Source: Naegleria gruberi (Eukaryota). Taken from it: a stretch of DNA of 64,000 nt. Positions 53,923 to 64,000 of the stretch are shown here, piece after piece. Made by a program: the position numbers and the translations under genes. Below the pieces are notes generated by a model, which did no database searches, was not told the DNA's origin, and was given only the letters and a program-made list of their open reading frames with translations. The stretch is taken from assembly GCA_000004985.1 (NCBI GenBank), contig GG738861.1; one strand, 5' to 3'. Within the stretch, counting starts at the first letter, position 1. The number at the start of each line of letters is the position of its first letter.

Positions 53923-55866
53923 ATGTTTTCTAGTTTCGGAAATTCAGGGGAAGGTATTTCATTTGATGATTTCTTTGGATTTTCAGAGGATACATCATCA
54001 ACAGCAGCAACATCATCTACTCTGAATGTTGTTGTTCAGCAACAATCTGTCGCAGCTTCAATTGTTAATACGAATGAGAAGAAACAAGCTCAACCTTTGT
54101 TGCCTAAAAACAAGACACTTACTCATCAGCAACAACAGCAGCCATCTGTTGCTACTATGCCAAAGAAACCAGCAAAGGAAGTCATCGGTAGCAGTGAGGA
54201 AGAATCATCTTCCGATGATGATGAGGAAATGAAGGATAAGGTACAGCCTGGTGATGATTCCGATGAAGATGAAGAAATGAAAGAGAAGGAATATTCTTCT
54301 TCCTCCTCGAGTAGTGAGAGTAGCCAAGATGAGATTGAGGATATATCAATTCGGAAATCAACAAATATTGGAAAGCAAATTGTAAATGGTAATAAGGAGA
54401 ATCATAAACAATCAGTGAATACTGTGAAAAAAGCTCCTCCAAAGCAATCTAATATTCAACACATTTTGAATAAGGTGCCATCATCATCTAGTTCAGTACC
54501 GCAAATTGGAACGAAAAAGAAATTGTCACCACTCAAAGAAAAGAGAAATATCAAGGAAAAGACCGATAATTCAAAAAGAAAATTTATTCAAACCAAACTG
54601 GATAAGAGCATGTTTGAAAGGAGAGTTGAGCAGACACCTATGGATTCATCACTCTTTTGCATGTGCTGCAATACATTTGTTGCCTTAACAGGTGCATCAT
54701 CTCAAAACTCAGCAAAAAGAGTAAAGAAAGGTTCTTCTAAATATGAAGAATGGGATAAACATATAGAAAGTGAGGACCACTTGTTGAGGAAGGAGAGGCT
54801 GCAAAGACTCAATGTACTTTGCTTTATGAATAGCCCAACAAATAAGAGGTTTCATCATTTTGTAAATTCATTCTGTCTAATGTTTTTCCACCGAATTGAA
54901 ACACTAGCTATTGAATTTGCAAAAAAGAATAGAAAGAGAAAGTTTGAAATTTATGAGGAACATGAGGATTATATTCTGTTGGACTATGTCATTAATTTTA
55001 TTTATGCTCGAGTTGCAAATTTGCAATACGCAACCGATTTTGAAAAGATTTTGAAACAATTCTTAAATAATATGAGACAAGGCTCATTAAAGATTGCCAC
55101 CACAATTTGGGAACAATATAAGGAATTTTATTCCAAGATGAATGATGATGAGTTTGGTTATTTGCTCTCTGATATTGTACATCGAGCTTGGGATTGCATG
55201 AGACATTTGGCTTACTTTGGGAAAATTCAGGATCCAACTCAATTATTCATTGACGAGCCATTGGAATTCAAAGATTTTAAGAGTGAGAAAAAAGAATCAA
55301 GAGATGAAAGTGATTCTAGCTCCGATGATGAAGACTATGAAGAGCCAGAATATGACGAAGATGAGGAAGAGGAGGAGGACATTTTCAATGGTCAGCATCC
55401 TTACTTTGAAATGTTTATGAAAATGTACATTCAACACTTCTTATTTTTAAAGCCAATTGAGAAAATAATAAGTGAAGCTCTCGAACAATACAAATCCATT
55501 CTAGAAAAGGAGACCTTTTTCAATGAGTGGGAAGAAGAAATAGTGAAGAGAAAGAAGCTATTAATTTCACAGCAACAGATGTCAAGTAATGGCGGTAGTG
55601 CTGTAGATGATGAATCAAGTGATGAGAGTCCAACAATACCTCCACCAAAACCACAAGCTCCAAAGCAAAAATCAATTGAAGATTTGCTGTTTGGTTCAGC
55701 AGCCAACAATACCTTTGAGAGCTTCTTTTCTGTTAATACTACACCTCAAAAGGTAACAACTACAATCCAAACTCAAAGTAAGAAGAAGGCAGGAATATCA
55801 ACGCACGAGAATGAAACAATGGAAGAGGATGAAATGTGGAATTTACTAAGAAGAGATAATATTTGA
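53923..55866 (+). CDS. Hypothetical acidic/S-rich protein (track ORF starts at TTG 53908; first ATG 53923), ~647 aa
   Basis: Long open frame. Acidic serine clusters (SSEEESSSDDDEEMKD, DESDSSSDDEDYEEPEYDEDEEEEED). A central ~250-aa region of ordinary composition with no recognised domain. Confidence 0.45.
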   Translation: MFSSFGNSGEGISFDDFFGFSEDTSSTAATSSTLNVVVQQQSVAASIVNTNEKKQAQPLLPKNKTLTHQQQQQPSVATMPKKPAKEVIGSSEEESSSDDDEEMKDKVQPGDDSDEDEEMKEKEYSSSSSSSESSQDEIEDISIRKSTNIGKQIVNGNKENHKQSVNTVKKAPPKQSNIQHILNKVPSSSSSVPQIGTKKKLSPLKEKRNIKEKTDNSKRKFIQTKLDKSMFERRVEQTPMDSSLFCMCCNTFVALTGASSQNSAKRVKKGSSKYEEWDKHIESEDHLLRKERLQRLNVLCFMNSPTNKRFHHFVNSFCLMFFHRIETLAIEFAKKNRKRKFEIYEEHEDYILLDYVINFIYARVANLQYATDFEKILKQFLNNMRQGSLKIATTIWEQYKEFYSKMNDDEFGYLLSDIVHRAWDCMRHLAYFGKIQDPTQLFIDEPLEFKDFKSEKKESRDESDSSSDDEDYEEPEYDEDEEEEEDIFNGQHPYFEMFMKMYIQHFLFLKPIEKIISEALEQYKSILEKETFFNEWEEEIVKRKKLLISQQQMSSNGGSAVDDESSDESPTIPPPKPQAPKQKSIEDLLFGSAANNTFESFFSVNTTPQKVTTTIQTQSKKKAGISTHENETMEEDEMWNLLRRDNI

Positions 55867-55894
55867 ATATTTTCCAATAATTTTATTGAACTTG

Positions 55895-57184
55895 TTACCA
55901 ATCTCCATCTCTTACATCATTTGGATTCCAAACAGTTTTTGTTGTAATGACATTATTAATCTTTACAGATTGATTGTTTTGGGTTGAATAGCCATACTTT
56001 TGGATATCAACTTGCTTGACACTCTTTACATTGGAAAGAATGGAGCTTTCTCCAATAGTTCCCAAATTTTCATTATAGTGATCAAACCATGGATATTTGT
56101 ATGAAGAATAAGTCTTTGCACTGATTGGACATGGAGGGGCTTTTTCTCCTGTTATTTGTTGATACATGTCAGAGTTGACAATATGTACAAATACTCTTGA
56201 CTTGGTTCTTTCATCCCAAAATGATGGGCCATAAGGATCTTTAGCAATATCTTGTTTCATTTTACCTCCTGCTGCCAATCCCAATTCTTGTGCATTGCTG
56301 GATTGAGATCTACTTCTTTTTTCTTCACATTTAAGACTTGAAAGTGAACTTCTTGGCATTGCTGGTGAGCAACATTTCATTTGTGGAATACTTGCGGTTG
56401 AAGAAGTTGAAAACATTGTTGGTATTGGATAAGCTTGAGAAACTGGAGGAGAGTATGCAACAATGGATTTCTTTGTTGGAATGATTGAATGTTTCTTCTT
56501 TGGAGATGACCATGTTGTTTCATTCATTTCTGGAAACATTGATTTTGCCTTTTCTGAGAATGGATTGTAACAAATAATTTGAGCACCTCCTACTTTATCT
56601 TCTCCAGTAACCTGTGATTCGACAGTATATCCTTGTCCAAGTGGCATGGCAATGAATTGTTTGATTGTTCCATTTCCATTATTAATACCATCTAACCATT
56701 TTTGAGCTGGAGTGACACAATAATCTTGAACTTTTCTTGATTTGATTTCTTCATCCCATTGTTCTCCACTTAAAGCATTCACTTTACCAACAGCAACTTT
56801 GAGAGCATGAGGATTTGTGGAATTTTCAAATTCCATCCACATGGCTTCACGTTGGTGTAAACAAACAAATACACCACCTTTTTGTTTCCAGCTTTCAGGG
56901 ACTTTGTTAATATAATCATCTACTCTTTTGATTGGGAAGGTCCCCAAAGATGGAGGCAAGGGATAGATTTTCCCATCGTCAGGTATTCTTAAAGTTCTAT
57001 GTAATTTGATTTTCAATTCGTTTTTAGAGGTTTTGGCACTGTAAAATACAATCGAGTCATTGACAACCTTAATGGAAAGTTTGTTAGTTGGTTCTGAACT
57101 TGGAGGTTCGATTGGAAATTTAGGTGGACAATAAGTTGAGTTGGCATGCATAGGAGGACATGAAATTGGTATTCCAGTAAACAT
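55895..57184 (-). CDS. Hypothetical conserved-looking protein, 429 aa, no family recognised
   Basis: True ATG. Non-repetitive composition with segments such as RTLRIPDDGKIYPLPPSLGTFPI and KDPYGPSFWDERTKSRVFVHIVNSDMYQQITGEKAPP that look like a globular domain. S/T-rich linker. Confidence 0.5.
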   Translation of the reverse strand: MFTGIPISCPPMHANSTYCPPKFPIEPPSSEPTNKLSIKVVNDSIVFYSAKTSKNELKIKLHRTLRIPDDGKIYPLPPSLGTFPIKRVDDYINKVPESWKQKGGVFVCLHQREAMWMEFENSTNPHALKVAVGKVNALSGEQWDEEIKSRKVQDYCVTPAQKWLDGINNGNGTIKQFIAMPLGQGYTVESQVTGEDKVGGAQIICYNPFSEKAKSMFPEMNETTWSSPKKKHSIIPTKKSIVAYSPPVSQAYPIPTMFSTSSTASIPQMKCCSPAMPRSSLSSLKCEEKRSRSQSSNAQELGLAAGGKMKQDIAKDPYGPSFWDERTKSRVFVHIVNSDMYQQITGEKAPPCPISAKTYSSYKYPWFDHYNENLGTIGESSILSNVKSVKQVDIQKYGYSTQNNQSVKINNVITTKTVWNPNDVRDGDW

Positions 57185-57484
57185 TTTTGTTGAGTTGTTT
57201 GATTTGTTGATCAGGTTGTTTTTTTTGATATTGTTATTACATGATTTTCAAGCCTTTTTATTTAATAAAAAAAGGAGAAAAAAGGGAGTTCTGTGTTCTT
57301 CCTTTTGTCTCTTGATAAAAAAGGCAAATAACAATATTTAGTACAAGTGGTTAAGAAATATTAACAATCTCGTCTGATGCAACAACATTTTAAAGGATTC
57401 CAAAACTTTTGTGCAATAGATTCAAACAAAAATTACAAAATACTCCAAAAAGACAAAAGAATTAAATTTCAATAAGTAGAAAAT

Positions 57485-60400
57485 TTATCTAAATTTTGGT
57501 TTTTCGTCAACTTCTGTTGGCTTGACCTTCTTAGTTGAAGATTCTGTTACATCAGCATCAAATAATGCTGAAGTTTCGTTTGGATTGGAATCACCAATAT
57601 TCCTTCTCTTTCTGTTTCCTCCAAACAATGACGATGTATTCAAAGAAGCAGTTTGAGGTGTTTTCAGTTCTTCAACATTTTCCTTATCTACTGGAGAAAA
57701 GTTTCTTGTTGTAATATTGGAAACTAACATCTTGGATCTTCCCATAATTGGTCTATCTTTGGTGAGGGCCGATTGGTTGAGATTGAGTGGAGTTGGAAGT
57801 GAAGCTGATTCACTTGTTGTTGGTCCTCGTTTAATGTAGAATGAGGTTCTGTCTCTGAGAGGTACTTCTGTTGGTGAGTGATTCTTCTCAAAATTGGTAT
57901 TTCCAAACAGAGCTGGTCTTGGTGGAGGATTAAATTGTCGTTTCATATCAGAAAGTTCTTTTTGAGCTCTTTGTAATTCATCCCTCAATTCATCATTTTC
58001 TCTCTTAATCTTTAATTGATATTGAATCTTTTGCTTGTGATTGTTGTGTCCAATTATCTTTTCATGATCTTTTCTTAATGATTCAAGCTCTTCCTTTAGA
58101 CTATTAACTTCAGTGACACTATCTGCATACTTTTGTCTCAAGCTTTCCAATGAAGCCTCTAATTGGTTCTTTTCCGATTTGTATTTTTCTTTCAACTTTT
58201 TCAATGTCTCTTCGTGAATCATTTGTTGTGAGAGGCTTCGTTTTTCGAGGGTAGATAATTGTTCTTTGCTCTCATCATAGTTATTTCTCAAATCGTTAAG
58301 GTCAGACTCTTTTCTCAAGAGGGTTTCTCTTTCAGTTTGAAGAGTTTTGACCAGACTTTCACACTTCTTTTCTACAGTGTTTAATTTTTCAGTCAATCTG
58401 GTGAATTCTTCTCCTGATTGCAATGAACGAATAGATTCCAATTGTTGTTCAATTTCATTTTGCTTGGATTTGATTTGATCTTCTAGAGATTCAATTGTGC
58501 TCAACAGCTTGATATTCTCATTGGAAGCACCATCACTTGAGGTTTTCAAAGCTTCTAATTGTCTTAGAGTTGAATTGAGTTTTTGATTGCTATTGTTCAA
58601 CTCTTGGCCTTTGCTATCGAGCTCAGTCTCGAGGTTAGACACTTGTTCTTCGAGTTTTTGCACTTCCTGTTCACGTTCTTGCAACTTTTCAATGCTCTCT
58701 TCAGCGAGTTGTGTAATGCTTTCATTGTGTTGTTGTACCTCAGAATACTTGCGCTTGAAACTTTCAAGTTCAGAGGTCAAATTAGAGATTTCTGTTTCCT
58801 TCAATTTGAGTTCAATATTTTCATTGATTAATTTATCGTTCAATTCTCTGAACATGGAGTCCTTTTCAGAGGAAATATTGTTGACAAGTTGAACTTGTTT
58901 CTCAAGAGCCAAGGTCAGTTCAGAAATTTGATCGGTGAATTGTGATTTGGATTGTTCCAATTCTTCATTGAGAATCTTGTTTGCTTCCATATTTTCGCCA
59001 AGTTCGAATTTCAATGCCTCAATCAATTCTTGAAGAGAATTGATTTGTTCCTCTCTTTCTCTTCTTAACTGTTCTTCGTTTTCCAATAGTTGTTTCTTTT
59101 CTTCCTCGGAGGTATTACCCATAGAGCTCAAGTGTTGTAAAAGGTCATCATTTCGTTCTTGTTCCAGAGCTAAGCATTGTTTAAGGTTGTTGATAGCATC
59201 TTCATGGGTTGATTTGATGGTTTGGAGAGTATTGAGGGCACTTTGATATTTTTCAGTCATTTCAATCAATTCCCTTTCCGATACTCGAGCACATTCCTTT
59301 AGTTTTTCATTTTCTTCAATGTAGGTAGTGATTTTACCGTTCATGGTTTGAATTTCTTCTACAAGTTGATTTTCACGATCTTGTAACTTGACAATACTTT
59401 CTTCAGCAAGTTGTGTAATACTTTCATAATTTTGCTCTGATTCAGAGAAGTTAATCTTAAGGGTCTCAATTTCGGAGGTTAGCTTTGATAATTCTGCTTC
59501 CTTCATTTTCAGGATTATATTTTCATTGTGAAGTTTTTCATTCAATTCTCTCAGTGTGATATCTTTTTCAGAGGAAATATTGTTGACAAGTTGAACTTGT
59601 TTCTCAAGAGCCAAGGTCAGTTCAGAAATTTGGTCGGTGAACTGTGATTTGGATTGTTCCAATTCTTCATTGAGAATCTTGTTTGCTTCCATATTTTCGC
59701 CAAGTTCGAATTTCAATGCCTCAATCAATTCTTGAAGAGAATTGATTTGTTCTTCGCTTTCTCTTCTAGATTTATCCTCGCTTTCAAGGAATTCTTTGTG
59801 AATTGTGTTGAGCTGTTCAAGTTCGTCGATTGTACTTTGGTATTTATCTTTCATTTCTGCCAAGTCTCTTTCAGATACTTGAATAGAATCCTTTAGCTTA
59901 TCATTGGCTTCACCATAGTGTTTGATTTGTTCAAAGGAGCTCATCAAAGCCTTCTCCTTCTCATCAAGTGCAGACATAAGCATACACTTGGTTGCCACTT
60001 CCTGTTCTAATTGAGAGGATAGAACAGTTTCCTTTTGTTGAGTTTGTTCAGCAAACATTGATTCTTTAGATTTGACTTCTTCAAGTTGAGACTTTAAAGA
60101 TTCAATGCTGGCATCTCTTTCAGATATAGATAGAAGTAACTCTTGCTCTCTGAAAGACAAAGTATCAATACTGGTATTAAGAGTTTCTATTACTACTTTC
60201 AGTTTGGATATTTCCTCATTGGATTGTTCATTCTCCTGCATAGATTCTCCAAATAGCTGTTCTGTGCTTTCTAACTGTTGTTTGAGAGCTTCAATCTCTT
60301 GGTGTGCGAGTATTAATTTAGACTCTGCCTCGTGTTTGGCCATTTCCTCACGTTCTCTCATTTCCTCCAACATTCTAATAGTTTCTTCTTGACCTTTTTG

Positions 60401-62773
60401 GACCATTTGTTGGTTTTCCAAACCTTCCAACATTGCTTCAATTTGAGTCCTCTCCTCTTTTAATTTGATATTTTCTGAAAGCATATTCTCCTTATCAGAT
60501 GCTACTTGTTCTAAAAGTTGCTTGATGCTCTCAAGCTCGCTCCATGCCATTTGCTCCTTTTCTTGGCTTTGTGTTATATCCTTCTTAAGTGAGGCAATAG
60601 TTTCCAAGGATTCCTCATACATTTGTTCTAACCTTGTTATTTCTCCTAACAGTGTTTGATTTTCACTGATTGCTACTTGTTCTTGGAGTATTGAAGAGTT
60701 TCTTCTGTGGCTCTTTTCCATGTCTTGAATTTTGTTGGCAAGTTGTTCCTTTTCGCCAGTTAAATGTCTGATTGAAAGCTCTAAACTTTGAATGTAGGAA
60801 TGTAATTCCTTAAACAACTCCTTGTTAGCTCCAAATTGCTTGGAAAATTGGGATTCATATGAATTAAGTTGATCTTTCAGTTCCATATTTTCAATCTTGA
60901 GCTGAATAACATCTGGATGTTGTTCAGGTGAGAGGGCCTTTTGGAGGGCACTGTCGGCTATAGAGAGGAATTGTTCTTCATTATCAAGTGTGAAATTTTC
61001 AAAATTGAATTTGGAAAACTTTTGTGGTGATTGTGGTCTATCAAAGTCAAAATCTAAACCAGAGACAAAATCTTGTTTTGGATTTTTCACTGATTTTCCA
61101 GTGAGTCTAGCGATCTTTGCCTCTCGCAATCTTAGCAAAAATCTAGTTGATGTTAATAAGCGATCCTTTGAGGATGCAACCTTCTTGAGCTCTTCAACAC
61201 GATGAGTAAGAATGGAATTCTTCTCCTCGTGTTCATCTGTCTGAGCAGAGAGATATACATGTTGTTGTTGTAATGCTATAATATATTGTTCCTTTTCATT
61301 TTCATCCATAGAAAGTTGTGGAGTAGGAGTTTGTGGAACTTCTGAAACTCGTTTGTTTGCCTCCAATAACTGTTTCCTCAGGAGTTTAATTTGTTCTTGC
61401 AAAAATGTAATACTTCCAGATGTCTCTTCATTGATTTTAGCTTCATTCTTAATTCGTTTAGCTCTTTGAGCAAATGTAAGAGTTGACAAGGATTCTGATA
61501 ATGAATTAATGGCAGGACTAATGTTCGCAATAACACAAGTCTTAGAATTCCCTCCAAGAGAATCCTTAAGTAAGAATGTTAATTTGCTATCTCTGTATTG
61601 TACATGCCTAGAAATACCATTAGCAACGTCAACTAGATCCTTGATAACTTTTCCTAGAGTAGAAAGAGACTTATTGATAGAACAAGCTTCTTTCAATCTG
61701 TCTCCTTCGGTATTAGATGTTGATTGTCTTTCCGAACCAGCAAGATCGATAAGATTAAGCCTAGATGTACGCGTTTTTGTTCCTCCCTCTGATGTTTCTT
61801 GTGATTTCATATAGATGGTAAAAACAGAATGAGAACGTGATGATTGATTATTCATAGATGTTGAGCCAACATGTCTATTTGATAGACCCTTCTTCAAAAT
61901 GGCTAAAGCTTCAACTGGTGTTGCAATATCCTCATGAATTAATTGTTCAACATAAACTCCAGATTTGATATCCTCTCTTAAATTTAAACTCTTGGATACA
62001 GTACCACCATTAAAAAGAGGTAATTTAGGTGTTGAATCCAATAAATCTGTAATTCTTTCGTTGTAAATTTCCAGAAATGAGCAACTGACAATAAACTTGA
62101 TTTCTTTTTGTTGTCTTTTCTTTTCAATTTCTGAAAATATGTATGATAGAACTCTTGGTATTAAACCTGCAGATGAAGGCAAGTGTAAATTGTGCATTGA
62201 TGACAACAAGTCATCTTCCATTACGTCGTCATTGTGTGACGTTCCCATAGTAAAAGTTTTACCACTTCCTGTTTGCCCATAACAAAAGATTGTACCGTTA
62301 TATCCAGCTAGATAACTATCCACTATTGGTTTGCCACAAAACTCGAACATATCTTTTTGTGTTGTTGTTGGGCTTGCTACGTGGTCGAAAGTAAAGGTTT
62401 TTGGTTTCTCTTTTGGATTATTGCTAATAACTTGAAGTGATCTTTTTGTTGCTGGATCTACTTGGATGCAATTTTGTGTTTCATTGTCAAAGAGTGGTCT
62501 AACTCTTACTACCACTCTCACACTCGATTTATCGTCATCATCTTTTGAAAATATTTCTGTCCTGTTGGTTGCAGACAGAGTTTCGTCATCACCTAAAGAA
62601 GGAAGAGGTGAGAATAATCCTCCTCTTGAGACTATTGGAGACACCATAAAGGATGGAGTTTGAATGTTTTGTCTTCTTGTTGTGAAGGAACTTGTTGTTG
62701 GAGAGGCAAGCATTCGTTCCAAATCTTGGGACGGAGAAAACACGCCACTCAAATTATTTAAATTATTCCTCAT
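57485..62773 (-). CDS. Kinesin-like protein with N-terminal motor domain and ~1300-aa coiled-coil stalk containing internal duplications (CENP-E/kinesin-7- or kinesin-12-like), 1762 aa
   Basis: Motor motifs GQTGSGKTFTMG (P-loop), SSRSHSVF (switch I), LIDLAGSER (switch II). Neck followed by continuous heptad-rich E/K/L/Q sequence. Intronless from a true ATG. Confidence 0.9.
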   Translation of the reverse strand: MRNNLNNLSGVFSPSQDLERMLASPTTSSFTTRRQNIQTPSFMVSPIVSRGGLFSPLPSLGDDETLSATNRTEIFSKDDDDKSSVRVVVRVRPLFDNETQNCIQVDPATKRSLQVISNNPKEKPKTFTFDHVASPTTTQKDMFEFCGKPIVDSYLAGYNGTIFCYGQTGSGKTFTMGTSHNDDVMEDDLLSSMHNLHLPSSAGLIPRVLSYIFSEIEKKRQQKEIKFIVSCSFLEIYNERITDLLDSTPKLPLFNGGTVSKSLNLREDIKSGVYVEQLIHEDIATPVEALAILKKGLSNRHVGSTSMNNQSSRSHSVFTIYMKSQETSEGGTKTRTSRLNLIDLAGSERQSTSNTEGDRLKEACSINKSLSTLGKVIKDLVDVANGISRHVQYRDSKLTFLLKDSLGGNSKTCVIANISPAINSLSESLSTLTFAQRAKRIKNEAKINEETSGSITFLQEQIKLLRKQLLEANKRVSEVPQTPTPQLSMDENEKEQYIIALQQQHVYLSAQTDEHEEKNSILTHRVEELKKVASSKDRLLTSTRFLLRLREAKIARLTGKSVKNPKQDFVSGLDFDFDRPQSPQKFSKFNFENFTLDNEEQFLSIADSALQKALSPEQHPDVIQLKIENMELKDQLNSYESQFSKQFGANKELFKELHSYIQSLELSIRHLTGEKEQLANKIQDMEKSHRRNSSILQEQVAISENQTLLGEITRLEQMYEESLETIASLKKDITQSQEKEQMAWSELESIKQLLEQVASDKENMLSENIKLKEERTQIEAMLEGLENQQMVQKGQEETIRMLEEMREREEMAKHEAESKLILAHQEIEALKQQLESTEQLFGESMQENEQSNEEISKLKVVIETLNTSIDTLSFREQELLLSISERDASIESLKSQLEEVKSKESMFAEQTQQKETVLSSQLEQEVATKCMLMSALDEKEKALMSSFEQIKHYGEANDKLKDSIQVSERDLAEMKDKYQSTIDELEQLNTIHKEFLESEDKSRRESEEQINSLQELIEALKFELGENMEANKILNEELEQSKSQFTDQISELTLALEKQVQLVNNISSEKDITLRELNEKLHNENIILKMKEAELSKLTSEIETLKINFSESEQNYESITQLAEESIVKLQDRENQLVEEIQTMNGKITTYIEENEKLKECARVSERELIEMTEKYQSALNTLQTIKSTHEDAINNLKQCLALEQERNDDLLQHLSSMGNTSEEEKKQLLENEEQLRREREEQINSLQELIEALKFELGENMEANKILNEELEQSKSQFTDQISELTLALEKQVQLVNNISSEKDSMFRELNDKLINENIELKLKETEISNLTSELESFKRKYSEVQQHNESITQLAEESIEKLQEREQEVQKLEEQVSNLETELDSKGQELNNSNQKLNSTLRQLEALKTSSDGASNENIKLLSTIESLEDQIKSKQNEIEQQLESIRSLQSGEEFTRLTEKLNTVEKKCESLVKTLQTERETLLRKESDLNDLRNNYDESKEQLSTLEKRSLSQQMIHEETLKKLKEKYKSEKNQLEASLESLRQKYADSVTEVNSLKEELESLRKDHEKIIGHNNHKQKIQYQLKIKRENDELRDELQRAQKELSDMKRQFNPPPRPALFGNTNFEKNHSPTEVPLRDRTSFYIKRGPTTSESASLPTPLNLNQSALTKDRPIMGRSKMLVSNITTRNFSPVDKENVEELKTPQTASLNTSSLFGGNRKRRNIGDSNPNETSALFDADVTESSTKKVKPTEVDEKPKFR
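58863..59070. repeat. Intragenic direct repeat copy 1 (~210 bp, ~98% identical to copy 2) inside the kinesin coiled-coil coding region
   Basis: ttttcagaggaaatattgttgacaagttgaacttgtttctcaagagccaaggtcagttcagaaatttg...gaattgatttgttc is shared with 59565..59772. It encodes the duplicated peptide REREEQINSLQELIEALKFELGENMEANKILNEELEQSKSQFTDQISELTLALEKQVQLVNNISSEKD. Confidence 0.8.
59565..59772. repeat. Intragenic direct repeat copy 2 (period ~702 bp relative to copy 1)
   Basis: Near-identical to 58863..59070, with 3-5 mismatches (atcggtgaattg vs ggtcggtgaactg; ttcctctcttt vs ttcttcgcttt). Flanks are diverged but still paralogous at protein level. Confidence 0.8.
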
Positions 62774-63539
62774 TATATTATTAATAATATACTATATGGT
62801 TGTTGAAAAAGCTTGTATGTACACAAAGGAATGGTGAGAGAATGGTTAATTTTGTGGTGTGATGTTTTTTTTTAATTTTTTTAAAGAACAAAATTTTGGC
62901 GCCATCTAACAGACTAAAATTGGCGCCAAGATTTAGGTTCTTCACAAATTTCAAAACAATAACAAGCATTTTAAAAATAAGAAAATCTCGTTAAATTCCT
63001 TCAATTTCATAATATTAATGATTGTGTTATAATTCTCTCAAAGCTGCTATTCATCTACGCTAAGAATTATCTGGTAGTGATCTTTCCTGTTTGATAAAAT
63101 ACTTCTCACATGGGATTCGCTTCCAGAACAAATTATTAAGTAATTTAAATTAAGCACAACTGCATACCTTAAACATGGAGATATATTAATACCAGAACCA
63201 CTTCTGAACAGGAAATTGATTATCTCCTTTCAAATTTCCATCTCTTCTTCTCAGACAAATTACTCGAGTTAATAAACACTTGCAGGTTGTGAATGAAGCA
63301 AGGCTATAATACCAACAAATTGTCATAATATCCAATTCAGAAAGAAGATATTTGCCAAATTACATTAAATAATTATCTTGGTCATCTACATTCCAATTTT
63401 GTTAAAAACCAAATTGTCTATTCATAACTCACAGTTTTGATCCTCAAATACATTACATACTCAACCCAGAGATAATTTAGTCCTTTTTCAGAATCGGCGA
63501 AAAATTAATTCGCCAACAACATTAGAAAAAATAGGCAAA

Positions 63540-64000
63540 ATGTACCCACACAGTGGAAGTATCAATACACCTGCTCATGATGAGTTTAATGATGATGAAT
63601 TCGACCGACTGGTGGGCCTATCACTGAATAAAATGTCTACGCTGACACCCAATAACAATAATAATCAACAAAATCAGTGGTATTTCTCTGATAATATGTT
63701 TGGAGATTTTAATTTAGGAGGAATGAATAATGGTGGTGTTACTAGTAGTTTGGATACAAGTCAGTTGGCTTTTACTCCACTCATTGAACAACATCGAAAT
63801 AATGATGATTGTTGCCAATTGAATACTACTAGCACTTTTGATATTGATAATGATATTGATGCCATGACAAACAAAACTACACCAACAACTCAAGGAAAAT
63901 CAAAGGAAAAGAAAAAGCCAAAGATTGCATGCGTTTATTGTAACAAATTGCACAGTATGTACTAGTCACAATATGAAATTCCTTAAACATTCAATTTTTC
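63540..64000 (+). CDS. 5' part of a gene encoding an N/D-rich protein ending in a Cys-containing motif (…KIACVYCNKLHSM); probably continues past a GTATGT donor at ~63955 and beyond the window
   Basis: True ATG at 63540. The 141-codon ORF ends where CACA|GTATGTACTAG provides a consensus donor immediately before the stop. Partial. Confidence 0.4.

Noticed and set aside
62781-62969. 62-aa minus-strand ORF just upstream of the kinesin start
   Set aside because: Lies in the AT-rich promoter/5' region and reads as low-complexity (KKIKKKHHTTK...). Most likely non-coding.
1-64000. Prokaryotic defence/mobile systems, CRISPR arrays, tRNA/rRNA genes, transposon remnants
   Set aside because: No direct-repeat/spacer arrays. 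No tRNA-like T-arm/anticodon-arm structures found in the intergenic spacers I scanned (2610-3413, 13040-13920, 36593-37124, 42458-43356, 46261-46680, 62774-63539). No terminal inverted repeats or LTR-like duplications. The window is ordinary eukaryotic genic DNA.

Overview
This window is eukaryotic nuclear DNA: AT-rich (intergenic about 75-80% AT, coding about 65% AT), gene-dense, standard genetic code. It holds about 30 protein-coding genes on both strands, separated by 0.1-0.9 kb spacers, many with one to five short spliceosomal introns (43-160 nt, GTAAGT/GTATGT ... YAG). I found no prokaryotic signatures (operons, RBS, CRISPR) and no tRNA or rRNA. Most genes are core housekeeping: mitochondrial-type IleRS, MPP-alpha, OSBP-related protein, RFC1, proteasome beta7, V-ATPase C, CANT1-type apyrase, an MFS transporter, a MEK-like kinase, MUS81, a Has1/DDX18 DEAD-box helicase, eIF3g, an Ies6/YL1_C protein, and a 1762-aa coiled-coil kinesin. 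An IQ+AAA (IQCA1/DRC11-like) gene implies a flagellated/ciliated lineage. Poly-N/S/T low-complexity tracts and introns immediately after the start codon suggest an amoeboflagellate-type protist; I cannot name the species. The ORF track evidently accepts TTG/GTG as 'M', so many listed ORF starts are artefacts. Reading across exons by eye, I joined several split ORFs into single genes: RFC1 with an N-terminal PIP box in micro-exons, PSMB4, V-ATPase C with an ATG-only first exon, a 5-exon MFS transporter, a 5-exon SH3b-GH19 lysozyme, and a SAM-SAM-P-loop NTPase. Most notable: two secreted hydrolases of bacterial type (a PL7 alginate-lyase-like protein and an SH3b+GH19 lysozyme) that look like domesticated horizontal transfers; an unusual tandem-SAM + P-loop NTPase (~920 aa); an RCC1-repeat/protein-kinase fusion; and a near-identical ~210-bp intragenic direct repeat in the kinesin coiled-coil. 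All coordinates from manual splicing are approximate (±1-3 nt).
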